A stretch of 64,000 nucleotides of DNA, from assembly GCA_013115145.1 (NCBI GenBank), contig JAAPAO010000023.1:1-64000 (forward strand), in the 5' to 3' direction. Position 1 is the stretch's first letter. Each line of letters starts with the position of its first letter. Made by a program: the position numbers and the translations under genes. Source of the DNA: Perkinsus chesapeaki ATCC PRA-425. Its lineage: Eukaryota > Protista > Perkinsozoa. Below are positions 50,570-62,049 of the stretch, in pieces. The notes under the pieces were generated by a model. It was given only the letters and a program-made list of their open reading frames with translations, made no database searches and was not told where the DNA came from.

Positions 50570-52045
50570 ATGTCATCCCCTATGGTCGCCTCGCAACCGT
50601 CGTCGGCCAGCTCTTCCAGTCCTAAGAGCGACGCAGCAGCATTGCAGGAGCAGCAGCAAGAGAAGCCGAAGCACTCATCATGGCGTGACCGATTTACTTG
50701 GCAGAAAATGATGATTCCTACTCTCATCCTCACATTGGTGGTTACCGGAACGCTCAACACTATTGCTGGCAAGATTCGTTCCGCGCCTCTTGGTGATGCT
50801 TCCGGATATGTAACAAGTATCATCAGTCAGTTCGTATATTTCACCACCTACTGGTGCATTTTGCTTCTCTTATGGTTGATAAGCGACTTGACTCACAAGG
50901 ATCTGATGACTATGGAAGAGTTCCTATGGGTATGGACTCCGCGAAGGGATGTCGACGAGTCCAAAAAGGGCTTCTGGCGATGGTGGGATCGGTTGCCCGG
51001 TTTCAAGTACACTTTCTTCTCATCCATCGCTGATGTGCTCGGCGACAACCTTATGTTCCTCACCCAGCCGTTTCTGTCGATTATTCTATTTAACCTTTTA
51101 CAACAAGGAATGGTACCTTTCACGCTCATGTGGTCATGCCTCCTCTTGGCTGCTCGATACACATTTGAGGAGCTATTCGGAGTCGGTTTGGTTGTTGCAA
51201 TGACCATCGCCTCAGCCGTACTCTCATCAGCTTCCGGTGGCTCGAGTGGTGTAGGCATGTCTATCTTATGCCTCCTGTCTACTTTGTTCCAGGCTCTAGG
51301 CCAGGTTATCAGAGAAGTCATGTTCAGAGACTACACTCAGTATGCCGAAAAGCACGGCTATAAAAATAAGAACCTCAACGTCTTTGCCGTGAGCAGCTCC
51401 AACCATACATTTGGTATTATCTGGGTCTTTCCAATTTCCATTCTGGTAGAGCTATCACGTACAACTGACGACGTCCTCGGTGTGATGGGAGAAGGTTTCC
51501 AAACCCTCTTGCACGCCCATGGTGCCATGCCGGCTTTCGTCGTATTTATGGTCATCAACGTGTGCTTCAACATAACTATCTATCTCATGGTCTGCTACGG
51601 ATCGAGTCTGTTAACATTTGTTAGCCTTAAGCTCACCGTGCCCCTGTCTGCATTTATGTCGCTCATCAGCTGGCCCCTTATTGGTGCCGACACAATTACC
51701 TGGTTTGAATGGGTGTGCCTGGTGGTAATCCTCGCTGGTGTTATCATATTCCGCCACGGCAATGGCGTCCGAGAAAAACTCGAGACCGAGAATGAGCATC
51801 TCGATGAGACCCATAACAAGACGGTGTCAAAGGCTATCATCTGCTGCTGGCCAATCTTCCGGCACCGGAAGCCGGCCTCACCGAATGATGACCCTAATCG
51901 CGGAGTTGCGCTTAATACTTCCTATTGCTGGCCACACCATAATAGACACCAAAGCTATTCGTCTAGTAGCGATATTACTAGCTTGCCAGACGATATCGAG
52001 AATGGTCCAGCAGTTGTTGAAGGTATAGAAGTTCCTGTAAAGTAG
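50570..52045 (+). CDS. chloroquine-resistance-transporter (CRT/CLT) family transporter, copy 1, intronless
   Basis: About 10 TM segments. GTLNTIAGK..LGDASGYVTS aligns with PfCRT CVMNKIFAK..IGNYSFVTS. YGSSLLTFVSLKLTVPL is CRT-like. Confidence 0.85.
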   Translation: MSSPMVASQPSSASSSSPKSDAAALQEQQQEKPKHSSWRDRFTWQKMMIPTLILTLVVTGTLNTIAGKIRSAPLGDASGYVTSIISQFVYFTTYWCILLLLWLISDLTHKDLMTMEEFLWVWTPRRDVDESKKGFWRWWDRLPGFKYTFFSSIADVLGDNLMFLTQPFLSIILFNLLQQGMVPFTLMWSCLLLAARYTFEELFGVGLVVAMTIASAVLSSASGGSSGVGMSILCLLSTLFQALGQVIREVMFRDYTQYAEKHGYKNKNLNVFAVSSSNHTFGIIWVFPISILVELSRTTDDVLGVMGEGFQTLLHAHGAMPAFVVFMVINVCFNITIYLMVCYGSSLLTFVSLKLTVPLSAFMSLISWPLIGADTITWFEWVCLVVILAGVIIFRHGNGVREKLETENEHLDETHNKTVSKAIICCWPIFRHRKPASPNDDPNRGVALNTSYCWPHHNRHQSYSSSSDITSLPDDIENGPAVVEGIEVPVK

Positions 52046-53174
52046 TGCGACTTCTGTGTGATTTATGAAGCTGATCATCGGCTTCCTCGAGATCAACAAG
52101 ATATCGAGATGACCCCCGTTGTTTAGCTAGACTATGTTGACATTTATACGCACTGTGTTGCTGCATCTACTGTACTACTACTACCACCACAAATGTTGTT
52201 GTTCTAATTCGCCTACTTCCAACACCGCCGCCGCCTGGTGCGTAGGCTGGAAGCCTTTCCTATATGATTGGTGTTCGAGAGAGACTATTGTGTCATTCAA
52301 AGAGGGTACTTTACCGAATATTTCTAATCCAATTCTGTCCGTAGGTTTTGCTACCCTTTCAATACCACCACAACATCATCTATCACCTTTCTCCATTTAT
52401 TGGGCGTTTCTGTTTCTTCATATTGACGGGGGAGTTGCCTCCCCGTCAGAATGCCTCCAAGCCTAACGGCTGTCATTAAGCCCTTAAGTGCAAAATCTCT
52501 GTCTTGTTGCGTTTAAGATTAGTGCATCCCAAAGGTAATGCAAAAGCGCCGCAGGAATCATAATACATTCAAGTAGGCTTTGAGGGTGGAAGCCTTGGAT
52601 CCGATATGGCGGCGCAGCGCAAAGCAATGCAATATCCCGTACGTAGCAACATGTACGTTATATACGTACATCCGTATACGTGCGGTTGAGCGACCAAGTC
52701 TATGCTTGACGAGATTCAACCTGGATGAATGTAAAATGTGTAAACGACATCTGTAAAAGCATAGTCTACCGAAACCGTTCAGATTGTCCCTATTGTGTGC
52801 CGGGCTCGTGCTTTCCCGGGCCTTCACCGCTCCATCAACACAACACTGTCCCTTGGCTCCCCGGCGTTTATCATCGCCGTACCATCTCTCCTGGCCAGTA
52901 GGTCGCCGTTCCTGGTATACCAGCAATCCCACAAACCTAGTTGACTGGATGGTTGGGACATAGAACGCTTCCATGGTACGGCGAGCCTCGCTGTAAACTC
53001 CTCCGAGCAGGGAGCTAGCCGGCTAGCGTCACATCACGGTACTGTGTTAGGGATTTAAAAGATACTTTCTGGCTAGAGAAGCACCCTACAGCTAGACATG
53101 CTACATTCACAACATTCACAGGAATTATTAACTTTTCTATTTCAGGCTTTCTGTCTAATTCTAACAACCCAACC

Positions 53175-54533
53175 ATGTCCAAGAGTGGCATAAACTCTAC
53201 CGCCAAACTCGAACGTCTCGACACCGAGGAGAAGGAGGTTGTTACGGCAAAACCTTCCATCAAGGATCGGATTGGCAAGTGGCTGGTGCCAGGTCTTATC
53301 CTACTTCTGGTTATCACTGGTACCTTCAACACCATTGCTGGCAAGATTCGATCGGAGCCTCTTGGCGAGTACTCCGGCTTTGTTACCAGTATCATCGGCC
53401 AGTTCGTTTACTTTACCGTCTACTGGAGCATCCTTGGTGGTAAGGCCCTCTTGGGTTACGTTACCAAAGAGGAGTTCCTATGGGTTTGGACTCCACGTAA
53501 GGATTCCGAGATCGACCCATCCAAGCGTGGTATTCGACGATGGTGGGCTCGCCTCCCTGGTATCAAATATACGTTTTTCTCATCCATCAGTGATGTGATG
53601 GGTGATAACCTTATGTTCATGACCCAGCCTTACTTGTCCATTATCGTCTTCAACCTCCTTCAGCAGGGTATGGTCCCCTTCACCTTGGTTTGGTCTTGCC
53701 TTATCCTAGCCGCCAGATACACCCTACAGGAACTATTTGGTGTAGCCTTGGTTGTAGCTATGACCATTGCATCTGCCATCACGTCCTCTACCAGTGAAGG
53801 CTCCAGCAGTATTGGTATGTCCATTCTCTGTCTCATGTCTACTATGTTCCAAGCTCTTGGCTTTGTCATTAAGGAATACATGTTCCGTGATTACACCGAC
53901 TTCGCCGAGAAGCACGGCTATAAGCAGAAGAATTTGGACGTCTTCGCAGTTAGCAGTTCCAACCACACATTTGGTATCCTCTGGGTCTTCCCGGTATCGA
54001 TACTTGTGGAAATGGTTAGAACCGACGAGAATGTGTTCGACGTTATGGCTGCTGGTTTCGAGACCCTCCTCACTGCCCACGGTGCCATGTCGTCTTTTGC
54101 CGTCTACATGGTTATCAACGTCTGCTTCAACATCACTATCTACTTGCTCGTATCCTATGGCTCAAGTCTGCTCACTTTCGTGAGTCTCAAGATCACCGTC
54201 CCCCTCTCTGCTTTCATGTCCCTTATCAGTTGGCCCTTGGTAGGCGCTGATACCGTAACATGGTTCGAGTGGGTGTCCCTGGTTGTCATCATGAGTGGTG
54301 TCGTTATCTTCCGTCATGGCAACGGCAAGAGGGAGAAGTTGGAGGCAGAAAACGAGCGCATTGAAGGGTCCGGCGATACTAGCGTCGCCAAGTCTATCAT
54401 TTGCTTCTGGCCTCTTTTCCGCAAGAGGCGCAGTCCGTCTTCGGCAGGTGCCGCCGAAGTAGCCGTTAAATCAAGTGACGCTGATCTGATCGAGGATGGC
54501 GGCTTGAATGGTTCTGGTGCTGCTAAGAATTAG
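53175..54533 (+). CDS. CRT/CLT family transporter, copy 2, intronless
   Basis: Close paralog of 50570-52045 (GTFNTIAGK..LGEYSGFVTS; YGSSLLTFVSLKITVPL), with divergent termini. Confidence 0.85.
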   Translation: MSKSGINSTAKLERLDTEEKEVVTAKPSIKDRIGKWLVPGLILLLVITGTFNTIAGKIRSEPLGEYSGFVTSIIGQFVYFTVYWSILGGKALLGYVTKEEFLWVWTPRKDSEIDPSKRGIRRWWARLPGIKYTFFSSISDVMGDNLMFMTQPYLSIIVFNLLQQGMVPFTLVWSCLILAARYTLQELFGVALVVAMTIASAITSSTSEGSSSIGMSILCLMSTMFQALGFVIKEYMFRDYTDFAEKHGYKQKNLDVFAVSSSNHTFGILWVFPVSILVEMVRTDENVFDVMAAGFETLLTAHGAMSSFAVYMVINVCFNITIYLLVSYGSSLLTFVSLKITVPLSAFMSLISWPLVGADTVTWFEWVSLVVIMSGVVIFRHGNGKREKLEAENERIEGSGDTSVAKSIICFWPLFRKRRSPSSAGAAEVAVKSSDADLIEDGGLNGSGAAKN

Positions 54534-54619
54534 ATAGTAGTTGTGCACTCTAATAAATGTAAAGGCATCATCATCGATCTCGCTCATGCGAGTTGTTGAT
54601 TGCCGTATGTTAATTGTTA

Positions 54620-57600
54620 TCATTCGACTCGGTCGAAATGTCCATATTATGATTGGCGGCATTGGAGCCGTTATATATTTCGACTCTATCTGCCGCCGCC
54701 GTGACTGCGGTTTCTGTTCAAGAATCACTGCAAACAGTTGTTCCTATTCTTCTTCTAGCCTCACGTGTTAATCCTCGGAGTGCAATCGTTCACTCTAATA
54801 ATACCGTACCAGCTGCTGCTGCCGCCGCCCGACAGCAGCAGCAGCTGACGGCAGTTCTGTTAACCAAATATTTGATGTGAAGCTTTCCCTTCTTGCGTTT
54901 ATTATCCCCACCGGGCTGCTTACTGGACTCGGGCGGTCGGCATTGTGTGGGACACGATCAGCGGGTTCCAGTCGACGGCTCGGCCTATCGGCGTCTTCTC
55001 ATCTAAAGGAGCCAATCGCAATCCGACACTATGACTGCGGAAGCCTACAATAAATGGTAAGTTCCTTTTGACCCAGTATATTGCTGTGTTCCCCCACAAT
55101 AGCTTTATCTGTGGGATCGAGTGCATTCGGCGCCAACGCCCTCATCACGGACTCAAGTTCAGTTTCTATGCAGTGGGAAGGGATGGTACCTACAGGAATT
55201 TAACACCCGTAAAAGCCACAAACAATGCCTACCAAGGAGCTTCACGCTGCTGCCATCATTGGCGTTGCGAGCAACCAGAGGCACCATCGGACATGGTTGG
55301 GGAAGATTCCTGGAATGATAATAATAACCTTCGCGCGCCCATTAATCAGTAGCGTACGTCAAAGCTGTATAGGCACTCCACAGCGTTGGTTGTCGACGTG
55401 ATGTTGTTGGTGTCGACGAGGTGTAACCGTCACTGATGAAAATGCAAGCCGAATCCGGCAACACGTGAACTATGTCCCCAACAGGATGATGGTACCTTGA
55501 ATACACACTAGCACGCACCAAGCCAACAGTCGCACAAGCAGCAGCTTACAGCTGTGGGCAGCGCAAGTGAGGTACATATGGCAGGTCCTTCAGGTGGAGC
55601 AGCACATCGTAGATTGATGTGGTAAAGAGCGCCGCTACAGCATAGGCAACCACCGTGCCTGGAGAGCAGCAGACGTTTTATCAGCAGGCTGCGGGTGAAC
55701 TGATACTGATAACAATGACGGTCATCTGGTGAATATGTCCCGTCAGCTCGAACGCTATGACAGCTACAGAGATGGTGCGAGTGACGCCAGAAGTGAGACA
55801 CACAGCTCCAACCAAAGCATACCTGCAACGAGCTCAATCACTCCTCAACGACACCTTACATAGCTGGTGGGGCAAAGTCGTATGTATCTGCAAGGAGTTC
55901 ATGGACCAGAAGACCATATAGCCGTCCGGCAACAGCACCGATGGTGAAGACAGGAAGGAACAGGCCCGCCGGCACCCAACCTGGTCGAAGGGTACGGAGG
56001 AAGATGGAAGGATTCTCTTACAACTCATCGACAGAATTAAGAGGCACACTTTAACCGCGAACACTATCTGAAATGAACACGTCATTGGTCGGCAAAGGAA
56101 AGTTACCAACCCCGAGAGATCCAGCTTGATTGATGACGTCATTGGCAGCTTCGTGGTGGGCCACATTAAGCATGTCACCGAGCAAGCCCTTGTCCAACTG
56201 CCACAGTAGCGGAGACCTGAGCCACGCGGAGATGGCTTCTACGAGATTGCCACCTTACGCATAGGCGGTTCCGGCGTCTATCAGCGCGATGGCCGCCGCC
56301 CAGCCATACCGAACGGGAATGCGGAACGTCTTCGTTATAGAGTTCAGTACCCCGACAAAATACCTGACCATTTTTGCACCCGATTGATGGGTCGAGGAAA
56401 TCTCACACTATGATGCCAGACAGCATGCCACACAGAATTGCAAGTATTACGAATGCCAGCGTCTCCGCTGTAAGGGACAGCGCTGGCAGGTTGTCGGTCT
56501 GGAAGAGCTCCACTATGGGCTGAGAAGAAAAAATGCAATAGATACAGCGGCGGAGCGAAGCAGGTGGCTCACCAGCAATCGAGCGAGCCTGAATACGATC
56601 ATGCAGGCGATAGCAGTATAGAAACCCTTCCATAGCGAAGATACAAAGAAGAAGGTCGCGGTGACCTGAAGTGGGAATGCAGTGGCCTGAGGGGATGAAG
56701 GCGGCCTTGCCTCTATTGAGAAAAGGACACCTCCGACCGGGGCACCAAACGTGGCCGTGACACCAGCGCTGACCGCTACTGCTAACAGCTGCAATCGATA
56801 CGTCTCCACACTTATATATCTGATACGGAATGAACTAACGTAATCGCCGCCGGGACAATCGGACGCGAGCATAGAGTATAATAACTACTGTTTATTTCAT
56901 TTCTTAGTCGACTAAGTGCCACAAAACATGACAAGCAGTATGAAGATATTCGAAAGCATGGCACTAAATCGATCAGCCGTTTCATGTTAAGCATAGAGGA
57001 AGATCATTAGGCAATTTCTCGAATGCTTTTGTCCACCTTCTAGAGGCTAGGGACGACTCGACGGAAAAAATAGCTACGCTTAGAAACCCTCTATAAGAGA
57101 GTATTAGATGAACATCACATGGTCACAGAGGTTGATGCGCATGGGCTTTCCCAAATAGACTTGGAAAGTAAATAACTGTTGTAGCGAATATCTTATAGCT
57201 CGAGAGCTCGAGGCTGGATGCCAGCTCATTGCGCACTATAAAGATTTTGGATATCTTCAGAGAAGTAGCTTACTTGAAGAACCATACATGTGGAAGATAC
57301 GTGCACAGTGCCACAGCGATACAGCCGGAAATGTGTATCTAAGATGAGGTGCTGCCGAAGCCATTGTTAACAATGTGACCTTACAAATGGTCCTTCGCTG
57401 CCAAGTGAGAGGCCGGCTGCCTGGACGGCCACTAGACCTATGCATTTTGCCAACATTGTGCCTGAACAGAACAGCTGAGAAATTGGCGACAAGAAGAAGA
57501 ATGCAGAGGAGCGTGCCAGGTTGAATGCACTACATTATTAGCCAGTAGTGATGGCAGGTTGGAATTACTATTAATATAATCAACCAGTAACAATGTTGGT

Positions 57601-58743
57601 ATATTAAACGTACTGTCGTAATAGTTATATATAAAGTAATGTAATTAGTACATAAAGTAAAGTATGTTCTGCCTAGAGTAGCAATATTAGTGTGTGGTTA
57701 GTCGAAGGCAGGATGCGCCGATTCGCTTACGAAGAGTGAGGAAATCGTCAATGTCTTCGCCGGTCAATGTAACCTTCATCTCGGGTATACCAGAGCCACC
57801 TGCTGCCGGGGAGCCGAGATGCCTTATAAAGACAGACGACCATGCTCAGCAGCAGCAACGACAAGAAGCACTAACACTTACACGCAAAGTACAGCAAGCA
57901 TGGTCAACAGTGGAGCGGTGAGTATCCAGGCCCATATCGGAAGGTAGTCAGCTCGAAGCTCGTATCTGAGCAGATTTCGCACAAATCGAAAAATATTCCA
58001 CTATTCAACCCAAGAAGACTCTTCTACTACTTTATCAAAAAAGAGTTTTTCACTATCCAGCCTTCGAAAAGCCTTCCACTTTTCGACCTTCTAAGAATCT
58101 TTCACTATTCAACCTTCGGGAAATCTTCTACTTTTCGACCGTCTACGAATCTTTCACCCTCCGAAGCATCGCTCACTCTTCGAAGAAATTTTCACTGTTC
58201 AACCTTCGAAGAATCTTCCACTATTCAACCTTCGAAGTATCTTTCAAAGAGAGTAAGGTTCGACAAAGCTACGAGGCACATCTATAACATTCAACGAGCT
58301 TCAGATTTGTCGTCGAAAAAACCAGACAGTTCCTTATAGCGCTGACCGTCACTGCGCCACGAAATCACCTTTGGCACTTACATTTTGGTCACAGCGAATT
58401 CAACAGTGAAGGCCAAGAGAGCGGTAAAGAACCCCAACAATGCCAACAGAATCCACTGAGAAGGCTGACAACACGATACTATGTACCTATACGCAATTTT
58501 GTGGCGCGCGGGAAATGCAGGAGCATACCTCAGCCTTCGTCTGAAACTAAGAGCATGCGCCATCGAAAAGATGTAAGGGTCGGCGATTTTCTCCGAGCCC
58601 TCAGCTTGCCGTCTGGCATCGACAGCTGCCGCTGATGACGAGAATTTCACGCCTTCTGTGGTCCAATGTGGCACGTCATCGAAAGTGCCTACGAGGAGGC
58701 AGCAAGAACCATATCCGATTCCCCCACCCGCCGCCGAGCGCAT
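54620..58743 (-). CDS. CLC-family chloride channel, copy 2 (multi-exon)
   Basis: GGSGIPEMK, GSEGPF, FGAPVGGVLFSIE-VT, PAGLFLPVFTIGAVAGRLYG, YALVGAVCLTSGVTRTISVAVIAFELTG and SIYDVLL..LPY. The 3' end is approximate. Confidence 0.9.
57995..58250. repeat. degenerate ~26-bp tandem repeat, roughly 8-10 copies, intronic in CLC copy 2
   Basis: Unit approximates ttccactattcaaccttcgaagaatc. Confidence 0.75.
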
Positions 58744-59384
58744 CCTGTGTCGTGCTGTCTCTAATGAACACCGCTGCGAAATTATAAAAGATATTTTCCA
58801 AAGTAGTTCTCCAATATGTCGATTCTGTTGATGATTTTTTGTCCGTCAATCGACTTGAGCGTGCCTATGGCGGACCATGTACCGCGCCTCAGCGCCTCCT
58901 TCCCGTTCGTCAAGTTATTTTGGCCGCAAAGTGGCTAGCAGGTTCTGAATTTATCAGTATAATGGACAGGAGCGGTACTTTAATATAAAAGGTTTGGTTA
59001 TTCAAGTGTTGAGTGCCGTCCACTGGCTAGGGAAAGGAGCGAGTCCTACCAAAGAGGTCCACTATAGATCTCGCTGTATGCGTACCAACTCTCCTGGACG
59101 GCATGTGAAATAACAACAAAATAGTCTAACAGGTAACATCTTATGCTGAGCTGACAAAGGCACAGGTTCGACCCAAGGCAGACACAACCCTATTATTAAT
59201 AGTAATGACAACTCGACAATCCGATGTGAGACAGTCACGAAACTCAATAGTAAACACCAGTACACCGCCGGAGCATCTCCCGGGCGGCGGCCATGCACTC
59301 CTAGGAACCTGCGCACTTGAAAGGATTCGCAATGGAACTCTACAGGCGGCTCACCTGCTCCATATCCCCCAACAATATGAATTA

Positions 59385-60914
59385 TCAATCGGCGCATTCT
59401 CGCTCCAAAGCACCGATATCTTCATCAAGCACCACACTTAACTTGACCTCTTTTGTATCTTGCACGCTCGACCTTAAGATACTCATCGCTGCAGCCTCTT
59501 CTCGAGCAGCATATGCCATCCTATACCGCCACGGCCCAAGCATCGCCACAAACGGTGGCATATCTTTCAAGGTCAAGGTCGGCTCGAAGATACGCGTAAT
59601 TTTCCAACTCCCGACTTCGATCAAATTTTCCATCTTCCTCTTGCGTCGATCAAATATTCTCCCTCGTCCTCCAGCATATCTTTTCACCCCCAATCCGTCA
59701 CGCGCCGCAAAAATACCCCCTTGTATGGCGTTCTTGCGGCAAACGTGTGTGTACGTTAAATAAGCGAATTGCTGTTGCCACGGATTCGCAGCGAAGAACG
59801 CTTTTGGCGCCAAAGTCGGTTCCAACACATTCGTCACGCGCCTCGAAACTGCCTCATTGCACAAGTTGAATATAGAACTAATTCGTTTGACACCTTCTTC
59901 CAGCCTTCCCTTCGCCCCGTATAGTAGACATGTTGCAGCGATCGCTCGGTCTTGATCGGTACGAATCAGACAACTCAGGTCATCCTCGACCAAGTCCTGT
60001 TGAAAGCACCCGATCGCCGCCTGCCAATCGAAAGCCAGAGCAAATAACTTCACCAATCGGAAATCACCATCATTTTCCCGGCGAAATTCAAGATAATTTT
60101 CGATGCTGCCGTGATCCCTTATCGCCCTACAGGCCACAATGAACCCCAAATTCGGCAACCTCGACGCAAAATCGCACCCCGCGAGGACGCACAACTCCAC
60201 GAACTCCTCGCAAGTGAGCCCTAGTGCCTCCTCGACCGCCGCTCTCTCCACCAGCTCCGCAGCTGGCTCCTCATCGATGCCCCCAGTCCTATATCGCCAG
60301 ACATTCCTCAAGATTGCCGGAGCTCCAAACGCTAATGCATCGCCATCCTCACTCACTACTACTCCGTTGCACCTCGCTGCCAATTTCGCACAAACCGCCT
60401 CGGCATCCCAGCCATCCGGAGCTCTCACCAATGACAGCCCCCGGGCGAAGAAATTCCGCCACATACACGTCCACCAAATTCCCAGTCGCGCATCCATATG
60501 CGCCGGAGCGGCTCTCGGTGGCACTACAACTTCCTCTTCATCACTATCAGCTTTCTCCACCTTCGCCAAGGCCGCTGCCGCATAGGCCGTCCTCGTGGCC
60601 CATCTTTGATTCAAACAATGTCTCTTCTTTATCTTAGATGGCTTTGCGTCAAACACAAACACAGGTCGCTTTCCCGACAGGACCTTCAAAGCAAAGCTCA
60701 GACGACTGAATCTGTCCATCACTTGGTTCATCGACAATCGACTATGTGAGGCCGTGAAGCGATAAAGGAACATAGTGGCATCGACATAAAGCTGGCGACC
60801 TTCCAACAGACTGCTCCGCGTTATGTTGCTCACCGTGTAGGGCGGCAAGGGGATCTTAGTAAAGACTTCTCGATGACTTTTAGTCAAAGCTGCCCAAAGA
60901 CCATTAACTCCCAT
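59385..60914 (-). CDS. XPG/Rad2-family (FEN1-like) 5' nuclease, 509 aa, intronless
   Basis: MGVNGLW, YVDATMFLYRF, PVFVFDAKP, DAEAVCA, VVSEDGDALAFGAP and the H3TH motif FVELCVLAGCDF..LPNLG..AIRDHGSIE. Confidence 0.88.
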   Translation of the reverse strand: MGVNGLWAALTKSHREVFTKIPLPPYTVSNITRSSLLEGRQLYVDATMFLYRFTASHSRLSMNQVMDRFSRLSFALKVLSGKRPVFVFDAKPSKIKKRHCLNQRWATRTAYAAAALAKVEKADSDEEEVVVPPRAAPAHMDARLGIWWTCMWRNFFARGLSLVRAPDGWDAEAVCAKLAARCNGVVVSEDGDALAFGAPAILRNVWRYRTGGIDEEPAAELVERAAVEEALGLTCEEFVELCVLAGCDFASRLPNLGFIVACRAIRDHGSIENYLEFRRENDGDFRLVKLFALAFDWQAAIGCFQQDLVEDDLSCLIRTDQDRAIAATCLLYGAKGRLEEGVKRISSIFNLCNEAVSRRVTNVLEPTLAPKAFFAANPWQQQFAYLTYTHVCRKNAIQGGIFAARDGLGVKRYAGGRGRIFDRRKRKMENLIEVGSWKITRIFEPTLTLKDMPPFVAMLGPWRYRMAYAAREEAAAMSILRSSVQDTKEVKLSVVLDEDIGALERECAD

Positions 60915-61085
60915 TCATCACACGAAAACCCTGACGACCGCTGCGCCACCAATTTATCAACTTGACAATCTCACTAGGAAGATAGAGTCTCTATAAGTAT
61001 ACGCTTTCTGTGGTGTAAGTAACAGTGAGGAATATGCGTTGAGAAAACGCAAGATAGCAAGATTTACTCTCTTCCTCCCCCTAAA

Positions 61086-61529
61086 TCAATCTTTCTTATG
61101 CAGATATTTTCTGCCCAAGTAGATCGCGCCAACAACAACCGCCGTAGCCATCAGCCCAACAGTAAGCACTCTCTCATAGTCAATCGATGAGGAACTGTTA
61201 TCCTCCTCCTTCTCGCCCACCAATTCCGTGTCCTCCTTCGTGCTTGCATTATCTTCCGTCTCCGTCTCCTCCTCAACAACTTCGGCCTTCTCCTCCTTGT
61301 TCTTTTTACTGCTGCGCTTCTTACCAGATTTCTTACCTAAAGTCCCCCGAGTCAATTAACTTCAGCCTCCCCTTATATTACCGCTAGTCGCCTGTGAAGG
61401 CGCCGACTCCTCGGTGGCCTTCTCAGCTTGACGACTCTCCAATTTTTTCTGAAGTCTAGCTCTGGTAGCCTCAGCTCGCCCGTCCGAAGGAGCCTGCATA
61501 CCACTCGCCGCTGCGGTTTGTTCTTGCAT
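61086..61529 (-). CDS. small tail-anchored membrane protein (2 exons)
   Basis: MQEQTAAASG..ATRARLQKKLESRQ, intron, K/E-rich linker, then a single C-terminal TM (VLTVGLMATAVVVGAIYLG) and the basic tail RKYLHKKD*. Confidence 0.6.
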
Positions 61530-61650
61530 AAACTGATAGAAAAACCATAAAACTCAATCACCACACCATTATCGACTATCCACGCCATTCGCCACTAGAC
61601 GAGGCAATGATGCGATGTCCGATCTAACGCTTAACTTAAGTAACAACTCA

Positions 61651-61748
61651 NNNNNNNNNNNNNNNNNNNNNNNNNNNNNNNNNNNNNNNNNNNNNNNNNN
61701 NNNNNNNNNNNNNNNNNNNNNNNNNNNNNNNNNNNNNNNNNNNNNNNN
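61651..61748. other. assembly gap (N run)
   Basis: Run of N directly adjacent to a tandem repeat. Confidence 1.
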
Positions 61749-61984
61749 CATTATGAGGCTGCTGTTTATATATATACAACTCATTATGAGAATGCTGTTT
61801 ATATATATACAACTCATTATGAGGCTGCTGTTTATATATATACAACTCATTATGAGAATGCTGTTTATATATATACAACTCATTATGAGAATGCTGTTTA
61901 TATATATACAACACATTATGAGAATGCTGCTTATATATATATAACTCATTATGAGGATGCTGTTTATATATATACAACTCATTC
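61749..61984. repeat. 33-bp minisatellite, at least 7 copies, running into the gap
   Basis: Unit cattatgagrmtgctgtttatatatatacaact. Confidence 0.95.
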
Positions 61985-62049
61985 TTGTTACCAAGTGTAG
62001 TGTCAGTAATCACTAACAAGTGTCACTTAATAATTGCAAAGTGTATTTC

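Noticed and set aside
61142-61152. CCGTAGCCATC matching the SL 5' half
   Set aside because: Antisense of TM-coding codons (GLMATA); an 11-nt chance match.
57995-61984. Tandem arrays as a CRISPR
   Set aside because: Head-to-tail repeats with no unique spacers and no cas genes, in a eukaryotic context.
61569-62019. ORFs spanning the N gap (IYINSILIMSC-type repeats)
   Set aside because: Translations of the 33-bp minisatellite and the Ns.
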